A stretch of 64,000 bases of DNA from Paramecium tetraurelia (lineage: Eukaryota): contig CT867985.1 of the NCBI GenBank assembly GCA_000165425.1, forward strand, positions 372,001 through 436,000, written 5' to 3'. A model generated the notes under the pieces. That model was not told the origin of the DNA. It did not search any database and saw nothing but the letters and a program-made list of their open reading frames with translations. A program made the translations under genes and the position numbers. This document shows positions 12,411-25,553 of this stretch, piece by piece; positions within the stretch are counted from its first letter, which is position 1, and every line of letters begins with the position of its first letter.

Positions 12411-13408
12411 TCATAAATATTGCAATGACTCAAAGATAAAACTATTATAAAATTTAACATATCCAAATTAAGCAATTACATAATTTTTTTCAACAATCTA
12501 CTTCAAATCTGAATGTTAATAGATTCTATTATAAAACGAATAATATTACAAGTCATCTATTTTCACTTTTTGATTTTCGCATTTGATTTTGCAAATTAAC
12601 TTTCTTATATCTCCCATAATTTATTTTTCTGTTTCAGTCAAGCCTATCACAAATTCCTTTTGCTTCTACAAAACCATATCTTTAATTAGAGGATACACAT
12701 ACCTTCATATTTCTTTCCATATTAAATAGATTGTTAACTCCAGTCATATCTGAAATGCAATTATTTTCCATTATCGAATTCTCTGATTTCCATAACATTG
12801 ACACTATAATCATCCAACAAATAATTTAGATTATGTAATTCTTTGGCACTTATGAGAATTGTAGTAGTGTTGAATTTATGAAGATTACTTAATATTGGGC
12901 AGATATAGCATTGTTTTTTGCTGAGTGATAAATGCAAATTGTCAATGACAATTGTGGTTGGTCTTTGCTACGTAAAATGGATTAGTTCATGTAAATTGTT
13001 AGTGCCAAATAGTTACAAGGCTTGTTCTTAAGTTTGTATTTCAGATTGGATATTAATGTATATGGCTTGTTTGCTATCCTTAATTTACTAGTTGACTATG
13101 AATTTGAAGAGAGTGGAAATTCCATCCTATTTCATACCATAAAATAACTAATATGAATGAAGTTGGATTTGATTTTTGAGAATGAGTTCGTCTAATTAAT
13201 ATTCAATTGGATATTATTTTGAAAATGCAGCCTACAACTACTCTGTAAAATCACCCAACTTATGTGTGGTTTCACTATATATTGCCATTGCACCTAGGAG
13301 GATGAGAAATATATCCAGAATATATAACTTTTTTTTGGGATTGACTTTTGTTAGTTGGAGAGTAAAACTGATAGCAAGGATGATGGCAGATGCAATTATT
13401 ATATACAT
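12411..13408 (-). CDS. Membrane-anchored degenerate P-loop NTPase with winged-helix-like C-terminus
   Basis: Two N-terminal hydrophobic helices; YQLFYGMKQDGISTLF (Walker A-like) and PTTIVIDNLH (Walker B-like); one 23-nt intron. Confidence 0.6.
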
Positions 13409-13534
13409 TAAAATAATTTATTTGGATGTCTTATAAAAATAAAATATGAAATGAATTCTAGTTATTAGTGAATAAGAGCAGAGGGATTTATTTAATTGTG
13501 AATAAATTTAAAATATATTTAAATCTTTTTTATT

Positions 13535-14144
13535 ATGGGAAAGAATTATAGAAATAGATCAAAGACATCAGCCACCCCAAGAAAACCCTTTGAAAAGGAA
13601 CGTCTTGACAACGAGTAATTATAATATTTATTTTTAGATTACAAATTATTGGTAAGTATGGACTCAAGAACAAGAGAGAAGTCTGGAGAGTTCAACTCAC
13701 TTTAGCAAGAATCAGAAAGGCAGCAAGAGAATTATTAACTCTTGATCCAAAGGACCCAAGAAGATTATTTGAGGGAGAAGCTTTGATTAGAAGAATGGTT
13801 CGTTTTGGTTTGTTATCAGAACAAGAGAGAAAGTTGGATTATGTCTTGGGTCTCACAACATAAAAAATGATGGAAAGAAGACTCCAAACTTTCGTATTTA
13901 AAAGCAATTAAGCATCCTCAATTCATCATGCCAGAACTTTGATCAGATAGCGACATTTCAGGTAAAATTAATCATTTATTATCTTAGAGTTGGAAAGAGA
14001 TTAGTCAACTCTCCATCATTCTTAGTCAGAGTCGAATCTGAAAAGTTGGTTGATTTTGCTGTCACTTCACCATTTGGATAAGGCAGAGAAGGCAGAAGAA
14101 AGAGAAAGAATGCCAAGAGAGTAAAACCAAACAAAGAGGAATGA
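13535..14144 (+). CDS. RPS9: 40S ribosomal protein S9 (uS4)
   Basis: [58 protein letters not shown]; two introns. Confidence 0.98.
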
Positions 14145-14197
14145 AAACAATTTATTTTAAGCATAAGTACAATATTATCTATTTAATATATTTATTT

Positions 14198-14506
14198 TCA
14201 ATCTGCCTAAACATCTATTGCATATAATCCTGGATGAATACTCCTTGGATTTCCCAATTTTCTCATTACCCAACTTTATGATGGTTTCAGAACACAAATC
14301 ATACTAAATTTTTAGATAACTAATTTTTACCCTGAAAATAACTTGGTCTAAGAAGCATTGCAAGAATTCGGACACTCCACTGCCCTATTCCATTACTCAA
14401 CTGTCAGTATTACCCCACATTACTAGCAAGCCTTTAGATCTTTGGTTGATTTTGGCAATATAAACTTCTTATCATCCTGTTCTGACATATCTGATTCAGA
14501 CTACAT
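14198..14506 (-). CDS. SPT4: Transcription elongation factor Spt4
   Basis: LKACQQCGVILTVEQW...CPNSC...TKLFSGMICVLKPSQSWVMRKL...PGLYAIDV; one intron. Confidence 0.88.
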
Positions 14507-14554
14507 ATTTGGTGTGTTTATTATTATAATTTATTCAAAGTAAATTATTTATAA

Positions 14555-15217
14555 TCAACTTATCATTGTTTTTATTTTCTTTTCTTATTCTTCTTAGCTT
14601 TATTTTAGATTATAAATTAATAATTATCCTCCATATTTTAAATATTGTAAACATCTTTGTAATTTTGAAACTATGCTTGATCCCAATTATTTGATTAAAT
14701 CAAATTCAAACAAATGTTCAGATTATTAATCTAAACATCATTTATCAAAATACTTATTAAAACATTTCTAAACTATTTGTGAATTTCAAATTATTGATCT
14801 ACTCAGATATTTAATCGTAAATGAACCATTTTAGATTGAACTAAGAGTCAGTCTACCGAATCGTACGCATCATAAATTGGTTAGCCCGATTTAGATTCAT
14901 GATTAAGATTCTTAAGTCTTCATCAAAAAATTATTCATTCACCAATTCAAAATGAGATTCTTCAAACTAGTTGAAAGATTAATTAAATTTTATACGAAAT
15001 CTTATTCTTTCTCTTAAGGTTTTTCAAACTCTGAAATATTTAAGATCTTATTCTCTATCAAAACCTGATTCACTTGTTATTTACAAAAAGGACATAATTC
15101 CTTTGGCACAACTGCAATTTTGAAGCACTCTAAACAAAGTTTATGTTTGCAATTCAAATCAACTGTTTGATTTTCATCATTGCAGCAGATTTCACAGAAA
15201 GTGTTTACACAATCCAT
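14555..15217 (-). CDS. RING-finger (C3HC4) protein
   Basis: CEICC...LNCKHKLCLECF...CPFCK at the N-terminus; one 29-nt intron. Confidence 0.82.
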
Positions 15218-15379
15218 AAAATGAAATATTTTTTTATTAATTCTTTAATTATTTATTTTACACTTATATATTTATTTTTAATACATCATTTTCGCTATTA
15301 TTAATACTAATATAATTATCATTTTCTTAAAGATATTTTTTTATAATTATCATTAAAAGTATTAATGGATTCTTTCTTT

Positions 15380-15950
15380 TTAACTAATCTTTACTACGTA
15401 GCCTCTTTAATATCAAGCACAAAATGGTGTACTTTATCAACTACTTCTTCTGATTTTGCCTTATTTTGAACCTATGTTTATTTGGTTCATATTTGGAATA
15501 GATTTATACTTATAATCTGACTATGATAAATCATAAATGGATGCTAGTTATCTAGTTTCAAGCAATCTCATATCATTTTATCAATACATTTGACTATTAT
15601 CCATGGCCTAACAATAAATTTTTTTGTAAGCCAATATGATTAAAGTGGTTTACACTTAATATTCTTTTTCAGCCTCAATTTAATTTTTATTAAAGAATGT
15701 TAAGAAGAGTGTTTGACAAACAAAAAGTATCCTTCATGGTACTTTTAGGAATTTTATGAGTATTCTATTTCAATAATAAATTTTCTATTTCTACTTGTTT
15801 CATATCCATGCCAAAAGTTTCCTCGTGATAATTGCCTGTTTTGACACCTTACCTATATATTTATTAACATTTTCTAATATTTTAGTATAATCTAAATTCT
15901 CACCTTCTCCAATTATAATAAATTTTAATTTTAATTTCTCTCTTTAAGCA
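15380..15950 (-). pseudogene. Possible decayed Ras-superfamily small GTPase
   Basis: KLKFIIIGE (G1 strand-like) and YHEETFGMDMKQVEIE (switch I-like) lie in different frames. No GKS/T or DTAG motif; stops follow. Confidence 0.3.
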
Positions 15951-16112
15951 GAATTTACTTAAAATAATATTATTTATTAAATTTAGGAGATCAACACATA
16001 AGAATCTTTACTTAATTAAAATATGTTATTATTAAGTCTTCATTCATATCTTAGATTCTTAATTAATTTGATTCAATATATTATTGAGTAATTATTTTTA
16101 ATTGCAAAATAC

Positions 16113-17602
16113 ATGAACAAATACACATTGAAATTTAAAGATAAAAAAATAGAGACTTAATATTAAGAATTTCGGAGAAAAGAAATACTTAGAAAAGTCT
16201 TCTACACAATGACTCCAAGTAGTTTGATTTTAAATGTCATAAAAGTAGCTGTAGACCTCTCAAAAAGCAAATACGACTAATTGTATGTGAACTGCGCAAA
16301 CATTGCAGTCATTATTATTGGAGTTCTTCTCGTTAAGATTAATGAAAAATATCTCAGATTTTTTATTACTTTATGTAGTGTTATGACTGCTTTGCTTCAG
16401 CTGAATTTAGATCCAAATGATGCTCAAAAATAAGATTATTATAATTTTGGTTGTGTTGTTACCTCATTGCAATCAGTACTCTACTTTTTAAGTGACTTTC
16501 CTGACGCTTGTATATAAGTGATATCTCACTGTTCCATTAGATTGTCAATTACATCGGTTACAACAAATTATGTTGATTTTTAAGATTACCTATTAACGAT
16601 ATTTGCAATGACCTTTTAATTTGTAGTATTGTATAAATGTGACTTTAATTCAAGAAAACATTTTTTACTCAGAGTTAAAGAGAATTAATGGGATAATCAA
16701 TTAATAAATTTAATTAATTCTCCATTTTGTTAATTCAAATTTATTAATGAAGAACTTAAATTTGATTTAATTTAATCAAAATCAGTTGGAATGTTTTTCC
16801 TAATTATAATTTCCAACTTTTGTGAAAGGATGGTAATTTCACGTTAATACTTGAGATTGACTATATCTTTATGCCCGCCAAAATTTAGAATCTTACTTAT
16901 TCAAGTGTGATATGAGAAATTTGGAAAATACTTTTGAGATAAATTTATTTAAAAATTATCAATAAAAAACTGAAATTTATTAACTTGGGGGTTGAAACCT
17001 AAAAACACCTTATCATTTTAGTAAATCTCAACTAAGAGAAGAACGATCATAAGTTCAAAAAATATCTTAAACAGGCAAAGGAAGAAATGTACAAAACAGT
17101 TAAGATATTTTAGAAGAATGATTCAGAATTTTAACACTCGTTTAGACTTGGTGTCTATTCAATGATTTCACTTAATAGTAAATAAATAAAAAAGATTAAT
17201 CTTACAAAACGATTTTAGTAATGCATTAAATTATTCAAACTATATGGATGGAAATTTAAGTTAAAATCAAATTGTTAGGTGTATATCTACTCTTATTATT
17301 GCTAAATTAATATCTTCTTAATTCAATTATTTTTATTATTTTAGAACCAAAAAAAATAATTTTAAATCTAATATTTTGATTTGATTGAATCAGAAAACGA
17401 AGTAAATATATGCATAGAACCTTATGATTTTTAAGAATTCAAAGCAGAATTTAATACAAACTTTTTTATCAATCAAATAAAAAATAAAATATTAATACAA
17501 AATAATCTAAAAAATTAATAAATCTAACTTATTAAATTTGTTGAAATCCCATTTAATCCGATTGAAAAATCAGAAGTTTAAAAAATTGTATAATAATTAT
17601 GA
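16113..17602 (+). CDS. Multi-pass membrane protein (MNKYTLKF..E..Y N-terminus, expanded ciliate family); frame disrupted in the middle
   Basis: About 5 TM helices then a soluble region. Frame breaks at ~16820-16910, with in-frame TGA at 16908-16910. Confidence 0.6.
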
Positions 17603-17661
17603 AATTATAAAAATTTAAATCTACTAATTATATTTTATTGTTTATTTAATAATTTTTCATC

Positions 17662-19229
17662 TCATTTTTTAATTATTGGATTAAAACTGTTACTATTTGG
17701 ATTTGTATCAGTTTAACGAACAGGATTTGTATTTTGATAAAAGCTTTGGTTATTATGTTGAATAGTATTTCGTATGTTGTCATTAGCTTAAGGAGGGATT
17801 TGGTTAGGAGGTGGAAACTGAGGATTTTTATTGATTGAACTATTAATGTTATGACTTTGAATGCTTAAACTTATATTGTTAGGAATTATATTTTGGTTTG
17901 GATTTGGGGGTATTTAAGAAATAGATTTTTCATTCTTTTATACTTTTCCTACTTCAAAAATTTCCATATCATAAATATCAAATAATTTACTATCTGATAA
18001 ATATTCTTCCTTATCAATTGTTTGGTTTCCATCTATATCAAAGCCTTTCCCTAAATTTGATGTACAGCTAGAAAATGTAGATTAAATAACAACATCATCA
18101 TCTCCAAACTTTAAAATCCAATTTGATTTATCTGCCCTTTCGTTTAATGTTAGAGCTTTGTTACTGCCTTTATATAAAAAAAATTTCTCTTTGTTCATTT
18201 AAAATAGAATTGACTTTTAAGGCTAAGAATTACAATTATAGACACCAAAAATGCATTTGTTTTTTGTTTAAATTATAGTAATAGTATCTGTGTTTGATAA
18301 CTGAGGAATTTTTTATAAATTCTGAAAATTTGATCCCTACTAACTCTTCCTATAAATTAAGTTTAAATTTTTAATAAAATCTTCTGCAGTTCCTTAATAT
18401 ATTTTTTCTATGACCTTTTCGATATATGGTGTGGCTAAAATAGATTAAGAAAATTTATAATCTGAAAAAGTACTTTATTGCATATTTATTAATTGTTGTA
18501 TTGTTTCTTTAAAACAAAGATTGAATCTATCCAAGTTAAAACTAAAAAATAGAATGAATACTTACAATTTTTTCTAATTGCCAATAATTTTATCTATCTC
18601 AATTTTTAACTTCTCTTCATTAGTATTAATTTTCTTTACATACTATTCAGCTAATTTATTTAATTCATCAAATTTTTTTGGACTTCTTTCAAAATCTTTA
18701 TCTAGTATCTTCTCCCTCAAATCTTGACAATCAAAGTAATCAGTAATTCTATCATTTTAAGCCCACCTTCTTATTTCTTCCTTATATATAGCGCAATTAT
18801 CTAAAAGTTTTATTTCAAGATCATCAAGAATTGATAAAAATTCCTCTTTAAGTGAACCAATCATCTACATTTATATTTAGAAATATTTTACATTTTTTAT
18901 GAATTCCTCATCCAGATAGGGTTGATGATTTCTAATATAATTAAAATACTCTTTTTTATAATCACTATCAAAGAGTGTGTATTTGAAGGCTTCATATATA
19001 TTACCATTGATCAACTAGGTTTATTAAGAAGATTATTTACTTCTGTCAAATCGCAACAATATTATTGCTGGCCACTGTATTTTCCTAAGAAGCATTCATC
19101 GCAAAATAACCTCTTAGTAATTGAACCCTTTTCTTCTTTAACCATCAGGTACTTTATTTTCTGTCCTTTATGAAAATGCTGGTCGTCTTAACAGTAGATC
19201 CCAAACTACTCTATATTATTTTTTTCCAT
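17662..19229 (-). CDS. TLDc-domain protein with N-terminal Cys/His (B-box-like) and coiled-coil regions
   Basis: LIYRKSQQGSNF...TITIIQTKNKCIFGVY...FGDDDVVI...SNLGKGF...FDIYDMEIFEV; N-terminal CQDDQH...FCDEC. Confidence 0.82.
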
Positions 19230-19685
19230 TTTTAATAGAATTATATAATTTTTTAATATTTTTATTCAAAATTACCATTTAAACTTTCGATATTTATACC
19301 GATTTTAATGATTAATTAGATATCAAATATATTCCCATAGGAATCAATATTACTCTTTATTTATATTTTAATTTTTTCGATAGTATGCTATTTTTAAAAT
19401 TATAAATCATTTTAAAAGGCAGGATTAATGAATTGTTTGGGTATATTAACAATATAGCTAATAATGGAATTTAGACAAGTTTAAATAATGAAAATCATAA
19501 GATGAAATTTTATTTATATCAGAATTTCTATTTTCTACTTTTTAGATGAGTGCTTTATATTTCTTAATTTATATTGAGTGTCTTGTCCAGAGCTAGTCAC
19601 TCATAATATACTATTTTGTTATTAAATATTAAAAAATATTGTGTTTATTTATAACCCGATAATCAAGTTTTAATTTCTGAATTTA

Positions 19686-20929
19686 ATGGACTCATTAAAA
19701 TAAGCTTAAAAACTAGAGGAAAATCAAGAAACAACTAATAATGGTATTTATTCATAAAACATAAGACCTTGGCATAAAAATCAAATAATTAGATTAAGAT
19801 GGGCTGTCAAACTCTTTATTATATAAATGTATGTGAAAATTTCTGAGTATCATCTTAGAATTTTCATTTATTTTGAACCATCTCCTTAGAGTGATGACTA
19901 GAAACGAATAAAGCTATAGATACAAAATGCATTTAGGACTATGCAAAATGATGGAGTTCAATGAATTAGAATTAGTATATTGGCATTTATTGAATTTGTA
20001 ATTTGACTATGGTAAAAAATTGCAACCAAATTACTCCCAGGAGATTAAGTATTGATATCATTTAGAATAGAACATGTGCATTTAACTACTTTAAAGATTT
20101 TCTTAAAATATAGGCAGAATTTATACCTGATATTTCATTATATAAGAGAGAGTTACTCTTTGTAACATTGTCAGCTTTTTACACTATAAAATTAATGAGA
20201 AATAATTAAAAATTCGATAAAATAGGAGAGTTTATAAAGGAAGAAAAGTTTGGCGAGTTGTTCAAACGAATTGAACCTGCATTCATAAATGTCTCTTAAT
20301 AATTGACATTGTATATAGTCAATCAAAAATATATGGAAATGACTAAGCTAGAAGAACCATTAGAAGAATAATAAATCAATTATAATTTTATAGTCGAATA
20401 GATCCTAGAAATGGCACCTGCATATTAGAAGGATGAAGAATTGCCCGTAACTAAAAAGGTAAAGAGACAGAAGAAGCTGATGGTAAGAAGAACGGAGACC
20501 ATACAGAAATAAGAATTAGAGTCTTAATAGAAAATAGAACAATAATCACAATAAATACAACAATTATCTTAGCAATTCTAATACTAAGGTTAATAATAAT
20601 AATAAATAGATTTACAATATTTAAATTAGCCAATTGGATTATCAATACAATTTTAAAAACATAATTAGAAAGAAAGCTAATAATACAATTAAATGAATTA
20701 ATCTTAGATTCAAGCAGATTCATATATAATAAATGAGAGATCGTCATTTCAATATTTCGATAAATAGTACTCAAATGTTATGTCATTGAGATCAAGAGCT
20801 TTACATAACGTCAGTCAAGAAAGTCTTGGTCAATTGTTTTCTAATTAATATTTTCCCACACCTTCATAAGAATAATATACATCAAGAAATCAGAAATCGA
20901 TAATTTAGACGAATAAGAATGGAAAATGA
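19686..20929 (+). CDS. Hypothetical protein, ciliate family (helical domain + Q-rich tail)
   Basis: MEFNELELVYWHLLN, LSAFYTIKLM, NYNFIVEQILEMAP; three introns restore the frame; TGA 20927-20929. Confidence 0.68.
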
Positions 20930-21396
20930 ATTATGAATATCTATATTTAATATCAATTCAATATAACTCACTTTAAGCAATTTTCAGATATTATTTTTCA
21001 ATGTAATATAGACATATATTTAAAAGATCAGTCTTTAAATAAGATGTTGCGACATCAGTTTTTATATTTAATATTATTAATTATATTTGTATTTCTTCAA
21101 GAAATTTTATTTTAATTATTTATAATATTCAAATTCTTAAATAAATTAACACTTGATTCTGAGCACATTGACTTAATACCATGAAATACTCAATTAATTT
21201 TAACTAAATTCTCAGTTGATCTAATTTCAATAACCATTAAGCTATATTATTATTACTAGATTTTTCTAAAATACCATTTAATTAAATCCAAATTTTATTG
21301 TTCAATAGATTCTATTTTTCAAAATCCACAAGTATTTTAATAGATGGGAGTCAAAGTTTAATCTTGAATTAATATATAATTTAAATCGTTAATTAG

Positions 21397-22422
21397 ATGA
21401 ATAAAGAAAATGAAGCAATTAATTTACCTGAACTTACTTGCAAAGCACATACCAATAAAAAAGTATAATTCTGTGAAATTATTCAAAATAGGCAAAATAT
21501 AAAGTCATTGGAGTCCCTTTTGCAAAACCTAAATTTAATTTGACTGATTTGATCTGTTCAAAATGTGCCATTGTACTCATTAGTCAAGGTTATAAGGTAT
21601 TTTATTTGATGATTCAAGATAGAGGATATTTAAAGCGACTAAACTTCTATAAGACAAGAATAAATTCAATAATTTTTAGAAACTATATCGCAAACCTTTT
21701 TGATTATTGATTAAAATGGATAGTAATTAAACGAAAAGAAGTATGACTTAGTTCGATTTTGTGAAAAGTAGAAGGACAAAGTCAATGAACATTATCATCA
21801 AATGGTCATTGCATTAGATAATAAATTAAAAGAATAGATAGATTATTTGAATGAATTGTAATTAAAAGCTGTTGAAATATTTGATTAAAAATAATAAGAA
21901 ATTAAAGATAATCACAATGAATTAGTTTAAATGTATAGTGACATTGAAGTTAACCTTGATAATATAATAATGCAAATTGAATGTTTACCTTATAAGCAAA
22001 TTATGGGGTAATACAATAAGAGAGTCTAAGATATATAGCTCTAATTATAAAAGCTTGAAAGCTCTCATGTACATCTTGGCAGAGTATATAAAAAGGTGAA
22101 TGAAAATAAAGTTCTTGGAGGTTTGTTTGATGATTGCGAATTAGAAATTAAAATAGTTTAAACTGCATTATTAAAGAATGACCAATAATAAACATAGTCT
22201 ACATAAAGGGCTACATCACCTTAATCAATTTAAATTACATACTCTACTACTTAAACCCCTGATAAATAAAGATCAAATAGCCAGCCTAGTAAATTCTTAG
22301 AAATATTAAATAAAGTAAACGAGAATTAGTTAAAAACAAATAATTATTATACATAATTATTAAAAAGAGATTAATCATTTGATCTTAATGAAAAATATTG
22401 CTCACCAACTTTTAAGAAATGA
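21397..22422 (+). CDS. B-box-like zinc finger + coiled-coil protein
   Basis: CKAHTNKKAKY...ICSKCAIVL, then a long coiled coil; two introns. Confidence 0.7.
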
Positions 22423-22742
22423 GACTATGAAAATTTATTTATTTATTAAAATTTTTATTCATTAACTTTATTTAATTGTAGTTGTCAATAATTATTGTTT
22501 TGTAGAATAAACTTACAATTTCTATTTCAAAATAAAAACTATAATTTCTGGTTATTAAAAATAAATCAATTTGAATCTTGCATGATACTTTGAACTTTTA
22601 TATATTAATCATAAATATAGTTATGGTTTGAATGAAATAATTATGAATAAATAATTCTAATTAATAATATTATTATTATTTATGATTGGAAGATATAAAA
22701 TTTTATTTAAATTCATTAAATAAAATAATCATTTTCATTGCA

Positions 22743-23668
22743 ATGTTGGTTGTTATGCTTTTATTTTCATTTTCAGTTTGCTTGAACGCATAGACAAATG
22801 ATCATTCAAAAGAAGACTATAAACTCATTATATTCTCTGATTTCTGTTATGAATAATTTTTTGGAAATGAGAAAATTAGTAGTGACTGTATTTCTGATGT
22901 ATATCATAAATAAAAACTAGACAATCAGCAGAACAATTAGCATTTTAATGGTGGCATTTGCTATCATGAATCAATTGCCTTAAATTCATAAAATTTGGAA
23001 ATCTTAATCAATACAGGGTATCTCATTTAATGCTTATTACACAGAAGTATAAAAATCACCTAAAAATAGTTATACCTGCTCTCATTTATAACTGCTTATA
23101 ATCTATATAAATAGACAAAATTTATTTTGTATGGTGAAAATGCAATAGTAGGTCTGGAATATAGCATAGTCTTATGTTTGTTCATTTTTTATGATAAAAA
23201 TTTGAATTTTAATTAATGGCTCTTTAAAGCAGTTTTTTTCATACTAATCAATACTCCTCTCTACATAGGCCTGGGGCCTTAATGGATCTTTGATATGACT
23301 ATTTACATTAATATGAGTTTGTGTAAATTGTTAATTTAATGAATATGATAGTATTTATGGCCAGGTTTTTACAAATAAGACTGAATTGTTAAAATAGAAA
23401 TACAGGTTAATTATCATTGCTTACATAATTGTAGAACTATGCTGGTAGTATAGCAAGATTATTTACTTTGTTTAATGATAATGCAGATTTCTCATATATG
23501 GTAATTATAAAGTATTTTTAGTTATATGTATTAGAAGACAATATCATGGGAACTATATTGCTAGTATAAATTATTAATACCTGGAGAGCTGAAAGGAATA
23601 AGAATAAGATAAGTTATGATAAAAGTGACCAATCTACATGCGAAGAGATAAAATATGATTAAATCTGA
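22743..23668 (+). CDS. PQ-loop repeat membrane protein (MPDU1/Lec35-like)
   Basis: Signal-like N-terminus, NQLPQIHKIWKSQSIQGISFNAY, multiple TM helices. Confidence 0.8.
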
Positions 23669-23698
23669 TAACATTTTTATATATTAATTTATTTAAAA

Positions 23699-24510
23699 AT
23701 GTAATGTGAAATTTTGGATTGGAAAGGTTATTTGGTTTAGGCAAGCTTGGGAGTGCTTTCATTTACAGTATTAATAAGTATTATAGTAAGTGAGTTATAG
23801 TCAAAAGATATTTTGAAAGACCGAAAAGAGTTTGGAAAATATTTTTAATGGTATTTTTTAAATGAAAATTTAAAATTAAGGACTCCTCTAAACAATTGCT
23901 ATCAGCACTTTTAGCTCATATTTTGAATGTGATATTAGCAACTGAATTATCTGCAGAAACAGATGAGAATGCTTGCATCTGGTATTTTATAACATTTATG
24001 TTGGATTCAACATTGGGTGTACTATTAATCTTTTTGCTCATGAAATCATTAAATATGATATTTAATTATTTCGATATGAGAGTATATACAAATATTAATT
24101 ATTCAGAAATTACAGAGTGGTAATTATTTCAAAATCTAAGAAAAAGTAAGAATTGATTGGCAAATGTATGCATGTCAATTATTTGTATGGAATTCAGTTG
24201 TAATAGTGTCTAAATTTATATTATTTGGATTTCAAGAACTAGTTGCTGATTAATTGAATGAGGCAGGATCCTTTCTTTTGTCTCCCATAACCAATCCTGA
24301 ATTGCTTTTAGTTAGTGTTATGATCATTATTCCATTTATTATGAATGCAATAACAGTATTTTTAGAATAGATTATTTTAAGTTCTGGATCCAAGATAATA
24401 TAATAAAGAAAACTGATTTTAGCAATCAAGAAGAGAAATAATTATTAATTGGAACATTTTATGAGGGAGGATTAACAGAGTAGTTTACATAAGAATTAGC
24501 TGTTTTATGA
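23699..24510 (+). CDS. STIMATE/TMEM110 family membrane protein
   Basis: KRYFERPKRVWKIFLMDSSKQLLSALLAHILN and CIWYFITFMLDSTLGV, ending in FWIQDNIIK. Confidence 0.88.
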
Positions 24511-24538
24511 AATTTATTATAATAATTATAATTTAGAA

Positions 24539-25144
24539 ATGAATCCAATTTCTATGCCTCAATTTAAAGGAGATCCACTGTTATTCCATGCAGTGGCACA
24601 TGGAAATGTTTAGGAAGTCATTTCATTAATTGAAGATAAGGAAGCAAATGTCGATGCTCGTAATATTAATGGTGCCACTCCTCTAATCTATGCTGTCTAA
24701 GCCAATCATCCTTAGATTACAGAGCTTCTGTTAAAATTTAAAGCAAATCCAAACTTAAAGGAATACTATGATGTAGGAGAAAAGACTGCATTACACTATG
24801 CAGTTGAAAAAAATTAATTTAAATTATGTTAGTTACTTTTAGATTATGGAGCAAATCCAAGTTTGTAAGATAAAAGAGGTCTCACATGTTTACATTATGC
24901 AGCCAGATAAGGATTCAAATAAATAGTTGTGTTATTACTTAATTATGGAGTTGACATCAATTTAAGAGATGAGAACGGATTCAATGCTTCCTATTGGGCC
25001 TAAGTTAATAAGTTTAATGAAATTTTGATCTTATTGCCCCCACCTAAAGTCATTCCCTCTAATGATTTATTAGAATTTAAGACTCAAATGAGAGAAATCC
25101 ATAAAATAGAAATAGGTAAAAAAAAGAAGAAGAAGAAGAAATGA
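24539..25144 (+). CDS. Ankyrin-repeat protein with poly-Lys C-terminus
   Basis: NGATPLIYAV, EKTALHYAV, GLTCLHYAA repeats; ends GKKKKKKKK*. Confidence 0.92.
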
Positions 25145-25553
25145 ATAAATCTAATATATAAAATAATATTTTCAACTTAATTATTATATTCTCTAACAAC
25201 TACTATTGTAATTATCCATTAAAATTTCAATTTATTAGTAATGTTTTTGTATAAACAAATATTATTAAATAGATTCTAATGAGCATAAATGAAATGCTTA
25301 AAAAATCCTATTTTAAGTTTAATTAATAAGCTAAATATCAATATTTTAATAACCATAATACCAATTAATGTGTATGATAATTACAAAAAATAAGTTGAGA
25401 AATAAATTTAAAATTCATCACATTTCAAATGAAATACTAATTCTAAAATACAATTAATAGATCTAATATAATTTTTGATAATCCAATGAAGATGATGTTT
25501 AAGAAGTTTCATCAAACAAATTGATATTTAAAATAAATTAATAAAATTAATAA

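Noticed and set aside
14198..15217. Apparent RING-Spt4 fusion
   Set aside because: The RING gene ends in TGA at 14555-14557 and Spt4 has its own ATG at 14506.
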